A stretch of 58,033 nucleotides of DNA. Origin: a virus. Taxonomy: Duplodnaviria > Caudoviricetes. The notes beneath the pieces were generated by a model. That model searched no databases and was not told where the DNA came from. It worked only from the letters and a program-made list of their open reading frames with translations. Positions 1 through 8,736 of the stretch are shown piece after piece. The stretch spans positions 1-58,033 of the IMG/VR virus record IMGVR_UViG_3300037478_000518; one strand, written 5' to 3'. Every line of letters starts with the position of its first letter. The stretch's first letter is position 1. The translations under genes were made by a program, and so were the position numbers.

Positions 1-158
1 GTGCCGACGTTACTTTTTCTAGGGTTTTGATGCCCCCCCGCCCCACTGGGATGCAATTCGATGCCTTTTCGATGCACTATGACCCCATTTCCGTTTTTTC
101 AATATTGCACGAAGATCGCGCCGAGACGAGTAGGGACAGAATGCCTTGGTGGTTCACT

Positions 159-533
159 TTAGTCCCACCAGTTTGCCACCAAACTGGCAGATGGGCTTGG
201 GTGGGTTCTGGCCCCACCGTTTCGTTTCAGGGCGTGCTGCCGGCCGGTGCGTGAGCGTTCGCAGGTCGTGCAGAGCCCGCGCAGGTTGGAGCGTTCGCGG
301 TTTCGCCAGTTGCCGTCGATGTGGTCCACCGACGTGGTGGGTTGGCCGCACAGGCGGCAGAACGGCTCTTCGCGGCGGACCTGTGCGCGCTCTGACTTCC
401 ACTCCTTCGAGTTGTAGAACGCGACCTGTTCGGGATCCGTGCGGCGGGTAGGAAAGGCATGCTCGGCGCAACGGCCCTGGTCGGTCGCCGGCTGTGGACA
501 CCCGGGGGTTCCGCAGATCCTCGTTGGCCGCAA
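159..533 (-). CDS. HNH endonuclease, terminase-associated (HK97 gp74-like)
   Basis: CxxC..VDH..N..LCxxC HNH motif, N-terminal C-x4-C..C-x2-H. TTG start with GGAGG. Lies just upstream of terS across the window junction. Confidence 0.85.
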   Translation of the reverse strand: MRPTRICGTPGCPQPATDQGRCAEHAFPTRRTDPEQVAFYNSKEWKSERAQVRREEPFCRLCGQPTTSVDHIDGNWRNRERSNLRGLCTTCERSRTGRQHALKRNGGARTHPSPSASLVANWWD

Positions 534-548
534 TCCGCCTCCAAACGA

Positions 549-590
549 CAAAAGCCCCGACCCAGGTCGCTATGCCTGGTCGGGGCCTCG
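549..590 (-). terminator. Hairpin with U-rich tail upstream of HNH/terminase operon
   Basis: Minus strand GGCCCCGACCAGG...CCTGGGTCGGGGGC followed by TTTTGT. Confidence 0.5.
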
Positions 591-626
591 TGTGGGCGCC
601 ACGTGTGGTAGTTGTCGACTACATGG

Positions 627-644
627 TACGCAACCCCTTGCGTA
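627..644. promoter_or_regulatory. Perfect inverted repeat, candidate late-promoter regulator site
   Basis: TACGCAA-CCCC-TTGCGTA in the intergenic region upstream of the late operon. Confidence 0.4.
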
Positions 645-647
645 AAA

Positions 648-863
648 TCAAGCGGCGCCTTGGAATGCACGAGCCCGCGCTGAGATCACAGCCGTCCCGC
701 CATTCGCAATCCAACGATCGAGTGCATCCGGGTCGAAGCGCATCACCCGGCCGATGCGCACGACGGGTATGCGGCCGTCGCGAGCCATCACGAAGTAACA
801 GGATGCTTTTGGAGGTACTTCAGCATCCTGTAGACGGTCTACATGTTCCGGGTGAAAAACCAC
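648..863 (-). CDS. Excisionase-like (HTH_17) wHTH, possibly N-terminally degenerate
   Basis: GRIPVVRIGRVMRFDPDALDRWI wing motif; first helix poorly conserved. Confidence 0.55.
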   Translation of the reverse strand: MVFHPEHVDRLQDAEVPPKASCYFVMARDGRIPVVRIGRVMRFDPDALDRWIANGGTAVISARARAFQGAA

Positions 864-994
864 TGTTCAAAAGCTAGCATTTGACAACATTTCTGGTTGG
901 GAACCCCTCGGTCTTCCCAAAAATTCCGTTTATCTTGTCGGTTGACGGGGCGCGATTTCCGTTCCCCGTGTAACCCCCAACGGGAGCGGCCGTA

Positions 995-1213
995 ATGATG
1001 CAGACCACCACAGCACGGCGAATGCTCGACACGCACGGGGCCGCGGAGTACACCGGCTTCGCGCGTTCGACCATGGCCAAGCAACGCCTTCGGGGCGACG
1101 GTCCGCCATACGTGAAGGTTGGCGGGAAAATCTTGTACCCGCTCGAGGAGTTGGACGCCTGGCTTGATTCGCAGCCTCGCCTCACGAGTACGGCTTTTCA
1201 AGCTGCGCCTTGA
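995..1213 (+). CDS. AlpA/excisionase-like HTH DNA-binding protein
   Basis: LDTHGAAEYTG..STM..R..GDGPPYVKVGGKILY..ELDAWL. Confidence 0.85.
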   Translation: MMQTTTARRMLDTHGAAEYTGFARSTMAKQRLRGDGPPYVKVGGKILYPLEELDAWLDSQPRLTSTAFQAAP

Positions 1214-1419
1214 AATGCGGCCGCCGTGAGGTCATACCGGTGCCCGCATTTGCATTCGTAGGTCAGCACTGGACGGGTTGGCTCTGCCTCGAACCGGTGC
1301 CTCTCCTGCACGTACAGCCGGAGCGGTGGCATGCGCCGGCAGTGTGGGCAGCGGGCGGCCGAGGGTGCCAGCCGGACGGGGTCGGCGGCGGGGTCGCCGG
1401 TGGAGATTTCGCCGGTCAT
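1198..1419 (-). CDS. Zn-ribbon protein (CPHC...CKC), candidate late regulator
   Basis: Four Cys ligands; ATGA-coupled to upstream gene; position just before the late operon. Confidence 0.55.
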   Translation of the reverse strand: MTGEISTGDPAADPVRLAPSAARCPHCRRMPPLRLYVQERHRFEAEPTRPVLTYECKCGHRYDLTAAAFQGAA

Positions 1420-1655
1420 AGAAAATATGGAATGTTGGGTGGCGGCACTGGCAGCGGAGGATACTCGCCAGTTCCGCCGACCGGCGGTTTCGGAAGCTCG
1501 ATTAGGTCGAGCCGTCTTGGGAACGGGTGCCACACGCCGTGTTCGTGCTTTGGCGATCCACGATGCGACCAACGAACGACCGGGATCCACAGCACCCAGA
1601 GTTCAATGGTCCAGCCTCTCCGCGGCGTAGCGGGTGCGAATAGATCAATCGCCAT
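1416..1655 (-). CDS. Hypothetical protein
   Basis: Overlaps both neighbours in operon fashion. Confidence 0.45.
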   Translation of the reverse strand: MAIDLFAPATPRRGWTIELWVLWIPVVRWSHRGSPKHEHGVWHPFPRRLDLIELPKPPVGGTGEYPPLPVPPPNIPYFL

Positions 1656-2328
1656 GCGTCAACCATTCCAGGGCTTCCTGCGGTTGGACCCGCGTCCAGC
1701 TGCGCACCTTGCTGTTCGGCGATCCGACAATCACCCGGACGCCGGCATCGTGCAGTTGCTGTTTCGCGGTCCCGAATAGCCAGGGAATGTGATACAGGCC
1801 GCCTCGCGGCGAGCCCGGACGGTTGGCGTACCCACCATGACCATCGATCCCCAGAAGCGCGATTCGCCGAGCGCCCATGAGCCAAGCGAGACCGAGCGCG
1901 CCGTATCCGCTGTTGCCCGCGTGGACGCCGGTCGGGTCGCAACTCAGGCCCGGCTTTCCGGCCTTTGCGCCCTTGCCGTGGATCCGCCGCAGGTAGGTTA
2001 CGCAGGGTTCGGGCGGGTCGCGGTAGTGGCGGGGAAGGGCGGTCGGGTCGCCATAGTGCTCGTAGACGGCGGCATAGTAGACCGTGCCGGGCAACGGGCT
2101 CGCCATGATCTTCCGGTTCTGGATGCTCGTATCCAGCGTGAACCAGAAGTCCGGGAACGGGACTAGTTCGATCGCCGCGTTGACCGTGATCGTGACGACG
2201 CCTTCCGGAATGTCGAGCTTCACGCCTTTGAGTGATGGGCCGGACCCGATGATGGCGATCCGGTCGGCGCGGTGCGTGACCTGGCCCCAGGGGACGACGC
2301 AGGCGGGGGCGGTTACGGTCTCAGCCAT
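1645..2328 (-). CDS. DUF115/MptE-like (Maf/CstII-fold) putative glycosyltransferase, paralog 2
   Basis: IAIIGSGPSL, VN, DFWFTLD, NSGYGAL.LA.LMGARRIALLGID. Confidence 0.7.
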   Translation of the reverse strand: MAETVTAPACVVPWGQVTHRADRIAIIGSGPSLKGVKLDIPEGVVTITVNAAIELVPFPDFWFTLDTSIQNRKIMASPLPGTVYYAAVYEHYGDPTALPRHYRDPPEPCVTYLRRIHGKGAKAGKPGLSCDPTGVHAGNSGYGALGLAWLMGARRIALLGIDGHGGYANRPGSPRGGLYHIPWLFGTAKQQLHDAGVRVIVGSPNSKVRSWTRVQPQEALEWLTHGD

Positions 2329-2972
2329 TCCATCGCCTCATTGACCGTCATCCTCGGAAAACAATCCACCATCGACCGCGGCGAGCCGTTCACAACCTGC
2401 ATGCCAGCCGCTTCCAGTTGCGCCATCGCCGTCCGGAACAGAACCGGCAGATGCTTCAACGTGCCCGGATTCCCATCGCCCCACGCATAACCGGCCTGCG
2501 TCCCGTCAACGCCGAACAGAGCCACCTTCGCCGGTCGACCCATGAGATACGCGAGTTGCAGCGCACCCCACGCGCTGTTGCCCACGCATATCCCGGTCGG
2601 ATCTTCCGACAGCCCGCGCGGTGACTTGTCGTCGTTGACTGCGCGATCTCGACGCAGATGCACAATGCCGGGATGTTGCCGTCCGTACGGTCTGACCGCG
2701 ACGTAATACCGTGTGCCCGGACGGCGGTGGAGCATTCGCGTCATATTCGGCTGGCCGCGGCCGAGATAGTGCGCGTCCATGCTGAACCAGAAGTCGGCGC
2801 GGGGGATGTGGTCGATCGCTGCATTCACGGCAATCACGGTGACGGAGCGCGGGAAGTCGAGCGCAATGCCGCGAAGTGATGGGCCAGACGCGACGATCGC
2901 AACGCGCTCGACGGTTTCCGTCACGCGATTGTAGCCAGCCGGGGCGCGGGGGATAGCGGCGGAGTGTATCAT
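2313..2972 (-). CDS. DUF115/MptE-like (Maf/CstII-fold) putative glycosyltransferase, paralog 1
   Basis: VAIVASGPSL, DFWFSMD, NSAWGALQLAYLMG..VALFGVD, VVNGSPRS. Confidence 0.7.
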   Translation of the reverse strand: MIHSAAIPRAPAGYNRVTETVERVAIVASGPSLRGIALDFPRSVTVIAVNAAIDHIPRADFWFSMDAHYLGRGQPNMTRMLHRRPGTRYYVAVRPYGRQHPGIVHLRRDRAVNDDKSPRGLSEDPTGICVGNSAWGALQLAYLMGRPAKVALFGVDGTQAGYAWGDGNPGTLKHLPVLFRTAMAQLEAAGMQVVNGSPRSMVDCFPRMTVNEAMEWLRP

Positions 2973-3559
2973 GGTCGTCGTATGCTGCGCCCGTGCGCTG
3001 CGACCGCGGACCGGGTCGCAGCGAAGTCGAGGACAGTCTTGCCTTGACTGTCACAGATCCGGTACGCCGAAATGTGGTACGCCTCCTCTTCCCACCCCGT
3101 TGCGATTGCCTCCTCCAGCGAATCATGGCCAGACGCCACCGTCGCCCCATACGAATTCATCAACAGGACAAACGGCCTGTCAGCAGCCCGGACGGCCGAT
3201 ATTTCTTCGGGGTACAAATCGCGCTCTGTCATTCCATTCGCCTGGCTTTCGGATTTGGTGCGAACCCCATGCAAGCCCGGTATCGGAGCCCACCCTTCCG
3301 GCGGATCGTGGCGCTCTGTGTGCATCGCGCCGCCGTTGATGTGAATCTCAAACTCGATCGATGCGGTGCCGTTTGGTTCCTGGTCGTACAAGCCTCGGTT
3401 TTCCGGCTTGTAGATGGCGGTCAATCCATGCATCACCTTGATCGACGCATACACGTTGTCGTTTTTGTGGAGAAAAACGAAGTCAAGCAGTCGCCGGAAT
3501 GTGTCCTCTAGTTTCTCCCGATTCTCGGGTGTCACCGGGATTGTCAGAATGCCGCTCAT
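2969..3559 (-). CDS. Hypothetical protein
   Basis: ATGA overlaps at both ends. Confidence 0.6.
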   Translation of the reverse strand: MSGILTIPVTPENREKLEDTFRRLLDFVFLHKNDNVYASIKVMHGLTAIYKPENRGLYDQEPNGTASIEFEIHINGGAMHTERHDPPEGWAPIPGLHGVRTKSESQANGMTERDLYPEEISAVRAADRPFVLLMNSYGATVASGHDSLEEAIATGWEEEAYHISAYRICDSQGKTVLDFAATRSAVAAHGRSIRRP

Positions 3560-4347
3560 TCCATCGCCTCCCTCAGATTCGTTTCCATGGCCGCCTTCCA
3601 CTCCGGCCGCCTGTACCCGTGCCGGTTGAGCACACCGGAGTACGGATCCCAGCACGCGCCCATGTCGATCTGCGTGACTCCGGGATGCGATTGGGCAATT
3701 CGCCACGCGAGCACTTTTGTCGGATAACCGAGGGACCACGTCAGCACACCTTCGAAGCCCGGACCCCAGCGCCCCAGCAAGAATGAGACTTGCTGCTCGA
3801 TCTCATCCAGGTCTCCGATGCCGGTATCCGGCGGGACCAGTAGCCAATCGACCGCACCCAACACATCCGCGATGAAGGACTCTGCAACGGTATTGTTCGC
3901 CACGACAATGACCGTTCGCTTTTTCAGCGCCCGAATAAACGGCCCCAACTCGCCGCGCACATTCGCGCTCGAAATGATTTCCTTGTGCACCCAGCGCACG
4001 TTGATCGCGGCCTTGCCGAACTCCGGATCCTCCAGCGTGCTCGCGGTCTGCACCGGGACGTTGATGCCGTGGGTTCGCAGCCATTTCTCGGCTCGCGTTC
4101 TCCGCGGATCTTCGCGACCGCCCGGATTGTAGCCGTGGAACGTCAGGCGCGGTTCGAGCAGCACCTTCGCAAGCTCGGCCCCGACCTCGGCGTTGAATGC
4201 GCGACCGTCGGAGTTCGTGCCGACCATTCCCGTGATCGCCATGAACTCGCCATCGCCGCCGATGTTGGCGTGCGTGAACGGCGTGCCGGATTCGAGTAGC
4301 CGGACGTAATCGTCGATTCGCTGGGGGACGGGGATCGGCTTTGTCAT
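3556..4347 (-). CDS. GT-D-fold-like glycosyltransferase
   Basis: PF..ANIGGDGEF at N-terminus and IDMGACWD at C-terminus; cluster context. Confidence 0.6.
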   Translation of the reverse strand: MTKPIPVPQRIDDYVRLLESGTPFTHANIGGDGEFMAITGMVGTNSDGRAFNAEVGAELAKVLLEPRLTFHGYNPGGREDPRRTRAEKWLRTHGINVPVQTASTLEDPEFGKAAINVRWVHKEIISSANVRGELGPFIRALKKRTVIVVANNTVAESFIADVLGAVDWLLVPPDTGIGDLDEIEQQVSFLLGRWGPGFEGVLTWSLGYPTKVLAWRIAQSHPGVTQIDMGACWDPYSGVLNRHGYRRPEWKAAMETNLREAME

Positions 4348-4604
4348 CGTGAATCCGTGACCAACATGAGATGGAACGATGGTCCACGCCGATCATAGGC
4401 CGCTGCATACCAGTCCGGCTCAAAGTCTAACGAACGACCGAACGGCTCGACCTCCCCGTCGTAGAACTCGTTCACCAGACGGTCTGTCTCGGACAACGCA
4501 TCCTGCAAGGTGGCCGCGTCGAATTCTCCAAGCTCTACCGTGCTTAATTCGCCGGGGTGCCCAACTTGGGCTGTCAAGACGTAGTGGCCTACAACTGCGC
4601 TCAT
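4344..4604 (-). CDS. Hypothetical acidic protein
   Basis: AGGAG RBS; coupled to neighbours. Confidence 0.55.
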   Translation of the reverse strand: MSAVVGHYVLTAQVGHPGELSTVELGEFDAATLQDALSETDRLVNEFYDGEVEPFGRSLDFEPDWYAAAYDRRGPSFHLMLVTDSR

Positions 4605-5666
4605 TTACGTGCTCCTCTCGTATCCGCAACGTTCCATCACATCCCCGCCAATCCGCCAGAAGTCCTGCGTCATCGCTTCCGTCCACCGATCCCAACCCGG
4701 AAACGTGCCCGGTCCCGCGTTCTGCGGCTGGGCCTTGAACTCGCGCCATGACGCCTCGTCCAACTCGCCGCCGAAAATCGCCGCCAGCTTCCGCATGCGT
4801 TCCGGATCCTCGCCGACAAGGTCCTCGATTCGAAACCGGAAGTCGGCCGGAACGTGCGCCAGCATGTGGTCATTTTTCGATGTCCATTCCCAGACCCAGC
4901 GGGCGAACGGCGTGCCGGGATTCCGCTCGCAGGCCGAGCGCACGACATCGCGGCCGTCACGGACCAGGTGCACGATCGGGATCGCCGGGTGCGCCATCCA
5001 GCTACCGACGGCCCACGCGAAAAGCGAGTTGACCTCGACGTGCCGGATCTTGCCAACGTGCGGGAACGGGACCGTCTCGTGACGTGCATCGATACCAGCG
5101 CATTCGCGAAGCGCGGCGGCGGTCCACATGGAGCCGGACCGGCCCATGCCCGTGATGAGTCCCGGCGTCGCAACCGTTCGCTCGCGCAGTGTGGCCAGAA
5201 TCACCTTGATGCAGCGCCCTTCGCGTTCGGGAAAGTCCTGCACGATGCTGACGTCGTAACCGATGCGGCCGAACAGGAGCGTGAAAGCGTCCAGCAGTTC
5301 GCGGGTATGCGTCTCGATCAGCCAGGCGCGCGGACCCGACAGGATGTTGTGCGGAACGTTGAGGAAGAATCGCTCGCATTTCTCGCAATCGACCTTGACG
5401 ATCTCGGGCGCGAATCGGGTCAGGATGTCGCGTGCGTTTTCGGCCGTGAGCGGATCAATCGCCAGGACGCGAGACTCGGTAAGCGCGAACTCGTGAAGCT
5501 GTGCCAGCCATTCGGGTTTCTGTTCGCTCATCACGACGCGGGCCGCGCCCTGATCGAGGAACCAGCGGGCCGTTGTCCCGTAGTCCGCGCCGATGTCGAG
5601 GACCGTGGCGCCCGTGTACTTGACGGCGCCGTACATCGCTTGGAGGTCGCCGAATTCGGTTTTCAT
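4605..5666 (-). CDS. FkbM-like SAM methyltransferase fused to sulfotransferase
   Basis: N-half VLDIGADYG and VKVDCE; C-half ITGMGRSGS (5'-PSB loop), HLVRDGRDVVRS (3'-PB), FRIEDL. Confidence 0.8.
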   Translation of the reverse strand: MKTEFGDLQAMYGAVKYTGATVLDIGADYGTTARWFLDQGAARVVMSEQKPEWLAQLHEFALTESRVLAIDPLTAENARDILTRFAPEIVKVDCEKCERFFLNVPHNILSGPRAWLIETHTRELLDAFTLLFGRIGYDVSIVQDFPEREGRCIKVILATLRERTVATPGLITGMGRSGSMWTAAALRECAGIDARHETVPFPHVGKIRHVEVNSLFAWAVGSWMAHPAIPIVHLVRDGRDVVRSACERNPGTPFARWVWEWTSKNDHMLAHVPADFRFRIEDLVGEDPERMRKLAAIFGGELDEASWREFKAQPQNAGPGTFPGWDRWTEAMTQDFWRIGGDVMERCGYERST

Positions 5667-6382
5667 AGCCCGACAAGTTTCGCAAGCTGGATATTGCGCT
5701 GTGTACGCGCCGCGTTCTTTTCGTCCGGCCGTTTCTCTCGCCCGTTGTCATGCGGCCGATGGTCCCGGCTGGCAATCGTGTGTTCGATGATGACCGGCTC
5801 ACCCGCAGGATACGCCCACGGCTTATCGAACACGTAGCAATAGCGGCCGGGAAGGCGCACAGTGTTTACCGCGTGCTTCAACGAGTCCCATGTCTGCCAG
5901 AGGTTTCGTTGCCCACCACCGTCGATCTTGCCGAGCTTGCGCCGGCCCTCGTTCAGCCTGCGCCACATATCTAGCAGAACGCGAGCGAGCGGTGTGTCCC
6001 CGAAGAACAACGTCCCAGAGAGCAGCCGGTGCGGACGGTCGCATCTTCCGCCGTGGACGCAGGGGCAGACCTTCGTGCGATTATGGCCGAATGCTGGACC
6101 GGCGAACCAGTGGACCCCGAAGTCTGCATTGAGCGAATCGAAATAGGCATCGCAGTTCTCATGCACGAACGCATCGACGTCCACGTACAGCATTGGGCCG
6201 CTGATCTCGTCGCGCAGTCGGCGAATGAAGTCGGCTTTGTAAGCCGTGTTGGCGAACCAGCCGCCGCGATCGGGAAAGCCCTCGATGTGATGGCGCATAC
6301 CGACGCGATCGAGCGAAGCGCGGAGGACGGCGGCCTCGGTTTCGTAGGGCGTGTCGATCGAGTAGCAGGCGATGGTGATCAT
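5663..6382 (-). CDS. GT-A nucleotide-diphospho-sugar transferase
   Basis: W..N..YKA.FI, LYVDVDA (DxD), SGTLFF, IEH..ASR. Confidence 0.75.
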   Translation of the reverse strand: MITIACYSIDTPYETEAAVLRASLDRVGMRHHIEGFPDRGGWFANTAYKADFIRRLRDEISGPMLYVDVDAFVHENCDAYFDSLNADFGVHWFAGPAFGHNRTKVCPCVHGGRCDRPHRLLSGTLFFGDTPLARVLLDMWRRLNEGRRKLGKIDGGGQRNLWQTWDSLKHAVNTVRLPGRYCYVFDKPWAYPAGEPVIIEHTIASRDHRPHDNGREKRPDEKNAARTQRNIQLAKLVGL

Positions 6383-6768
6383 TCGCGCTCCCTGAGTCTG
6401 CGCATCGTCTCGCCGCTGGCCAGTCTGGCCACGGATGCCAGCGGTCGCACAAGTAGCTTGGTCAGCCGCCACAGTGAAACCGCCACGACTGCGACTGCCA
6501 AGGTTGGCCAGCCACATGCGATCGCCGTCAGTATTTGGTTGGTTTCTTCATCAGGGATCGGAACCCGGCACTGGCGCATGAAGGCTTCCGTGGCTAATTG
6601 CGAGCCGCGCTCAAACAGCGCGATGGGCGGCCACAAGCACGCCAGGCACAACGCGGGATTACCGAAATCCACCCGCTTTCCAGCCAGCAGCCGGAACGCG
6701 ACGCCAATACCCATCGCGTATGCAACGACCCCGCCCAGTCCTATCGCCAGCCATGTTAGAGTGGTCAT
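6379..6768 (-). CDS. Membrane protein
   Basis: 2-3 hydrophobic segments; ATGA coupling. Confidence 0.6.
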   Translation of the reverse strand: MTTLTWLAIGLGGVVAYAMGIGVAFRLLAGKRVDFGNPALCLACLWPPIALFERGSQLATEAFMRQCRVPIPDEETNQILTAIACGWPTLAVAVVAVSLWRLTKLLVRPLASVARLASGETMRRLRERE

Positions 6769-7565
6769 TTCAGTAGCCCCATCACACCGTTGAAGGTCAC
6801 GTCTACGTCCATCCAAGCGTGGTGCAACATGTGAAACGGCGATCCCGTGTGATTCCCCTCAATGTAGCGATGCACATGCACCGGCCAATACTCCGGCTTT
6901 ATCGCTTTCCCGCGCTCGTCTACGAACTCACCGGGCGCGACGAGCCCCGCGGCATGCGTGATCATGAGCAGCGGCCGACCGCAAAGTACCGCAAGGTGCG
7001 CGAGTCCCGCATCGGTCGCGACCACCAGCCGGGCCGCGTGCATTGCCTCGATCGTCGCGTCCAGGCCGCGTCCGAAGTCCCACGCCTTGACGCAAGGCAC
7101 GTCGTAACTGGAATCCGCTACGCCACCCGCAAACACGGACAGGCCCTCCGCGCAGAGGCGGCGCGTGAGTTCCGGCCAGCCGTCCCAGTTCTTGCCCTTG
7201 CCGTACTCGCGCTTTCGCGGGCAGACGACGACATCGCAGTTGATGCCCTGGCGGATCGTCGGCTGGGGCACGAAACGCTTGCGTGGAAACTTGTCGGTCG
7301 GGCGGTGCATTCTCGCGGTGTGACCGAACCGGCGACGGGCATCGGCCTCCATTGCGGCAACGAACTCGGCATCCTTCGCGAAGTTGTTGCGGCGAAGATC
7401 GTCCTGTCGGCGCGGAACTTCGATCAGGTGGTCGGCGCTCGGGTACAGGGCTTCCTCGCCGATCTCATGGTAGACGGCTTTCGGGCCGGGTAATGCGTGG
7501 ACGGCGGGCACGTACCACCAGACTTTTAGCCCGAATTCCGAGCGCAACGGGAGCGCGACATTCAT
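6765..7565 (-). CDS. GT-B glycosyltransferase, GT9 (heptosyltransferase)-like
   Basis: KNW..W.EL, LVVATDAGLAHLAVLCGRP. Confidence 0.75.
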   Translation of the reverse strand: MNVALPLRSEFGLKVWWYVPAVHALPGPKAVYHEIGEEALYPSADHLIEVPRRQDDLRRNNFAKDAEFVAAMEADARRRFGHTARMHRPTDKFPRKRFVPQPTIRQGINCDVVVCPRKREYGKGKNWDGWPELTRRLCAEGLSVFAGGVADSSYDVPCVKAWDFGRGLDATIEAMHAARLVVATDAGLAHLAVLCGRPLLMITHAAGLVAPGEFVDERGKAIKPEYWPVHVHRYIEGNHTGSPFHMLHHAWMDVDVTFNGVMGLLK

Positions 7566-7969
7566 TCTGCCGCCACTGGCGTTCCCTTGGCCACAATGTC
7601 CCGCAACTCTTTCGCTGTCCTGTCGGCGACTCTGCTTGACAAAGACTGAACGAACCACGCAACCGCCGACCCGAACCAGCCGAACGCAGCAAGGAGGGCG
7701 ACAACCGACAGGTCGAAGGTTATTGAAAGCCATCTTGGCAAGGGCGAGGTCTGTAGGTCAGCGGAGATTTCTTTCCCGTCCTTCTCGTTCGCCACCTTGA
7801 TGTAGGTCAGTGCGATGGCGTTACCGATCGACAGCAAGGTGTAAGACCAAACCACGAACAGCGTAATATTGCGCGCCCATGTCGCTCCGTCGAAAAGCGC
7901 AAAGGCTACCAACGCGACGAACGCAACGTTGAAAGCGGTCCAAGCGACTATCCTCATGGCCTGTTTCAC
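7562..7969 (-). CDS. Membrane protein
   Basis: About 3 hydrophobic segments; GTGA overlap, GGAGG RBS. Confidence 0.6.
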   Translation of the reverse strand: MKQAMRIVAWTAFNVAFVALVAFALFDGATWARNITLFVVWSYTLLSIGNAIALTYIKVANEKDGKEISADLQTSPLPRWLSITFDLSVVALLAAFGWFGSAVAWFVQSLSSRVADRTAKELRDIVAKGTPVAAE

Positions 7970-8601
7970 GCCGCCTCCCATTCCTTCCTGAGCCAGTGCG
8001 TCGATTCCAGCGAATCGAGTTTCGGCCGAGCGTAGAAGCAGACGATTCGCGCGTTTCGCGGCGGCTTCACCACCGGACGCCGGCCGATGTGTATCTTGTA
8101 GCTGACGACCTGCCCCGGAAAAAGATCCTGCACGAACTCGTGCGGGCCGATGTGGTCGCGGATGAAATAGTCCATCCGGCCGAGCGGCCTTTCGGTGTTG
8201 ATCTCTTTCCACGGGTCGCGGATGAACGCGTCCCACACGCTGCGCATCCCGTCAGCTTCCCAGAGCACTACGGCGGAGCCGATCATGCCAGCGCGGTGGA
8301 AGTCGCGGAGGATTGCGCGCTCGCCGGTCCACGACAGCATGTCATCAAGCGGGCCGACGACGACCTTGTCCAGATCGAGCAGCATCACGCGGCCCGGCAA
8401 CCTGAACGCCTCGATCTTCGGCCACCAGCGCGGCCAGTCGTATTGCAGCGGTATCGTTTCGACGCCGGGCACGTTCACATCCGAGAGACATACGAAGCGG
8501 GTGCACGGCGGACTGTTGCGGCGGACGCCAGCGGCTAGACGCTGCACCCAGATCGGCGAGTAGGCGCCACCGGAACGGAGAACGCAGGCGACGGTGGTCA
8601 T
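7966..8601 (-). CDS. GT-A glycosyltransferase (GT8-like)
   Basis: FVCLSD, WWPKIEAF, LLDLD (DxD), IVCFYARPK. Confidence 0.75.
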   Translation of the reverse strand: MTTVACVLRSGGAYSPIWVQRLAAGVRRNSPPCTRFVCLSDVNVPGVETIPLQYDWPRWWPKIEAFRLPGRVMLLDLDKVVVGPLDDMLSWTGERAILRDFHRAGMIGSAVVLWEADGMRSVWDAFIRDPWKEINTERPLGRMDYFIRDHIGPHEFVQDLFPGQVVSYKIHIGRRPVVKPPRNARIVCFYARPKLDSLESTHWLRKEWEAA

Positions 8602-8736
8602 GGCTGTCTGTGCCGCTTGCGTTGTTCGGAGATCATGCGGTCCAGTTCAGCGTTGAGGTTTGCGATTTCTGTCGCGGTCGTGTCAGCGCCCCGCCGAGGT
8701 TCAGCACGATCCCGACAACAAGTGCGATTCTCATAG

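Noticed and set aside
8598-8734. Possible frameshifted remnant gene (MRIALVVGIVL.. / ..EIANLNAELDRM..)
   Set aside because: Too short to tell a pseudogene from two tiny ORFs or noise.
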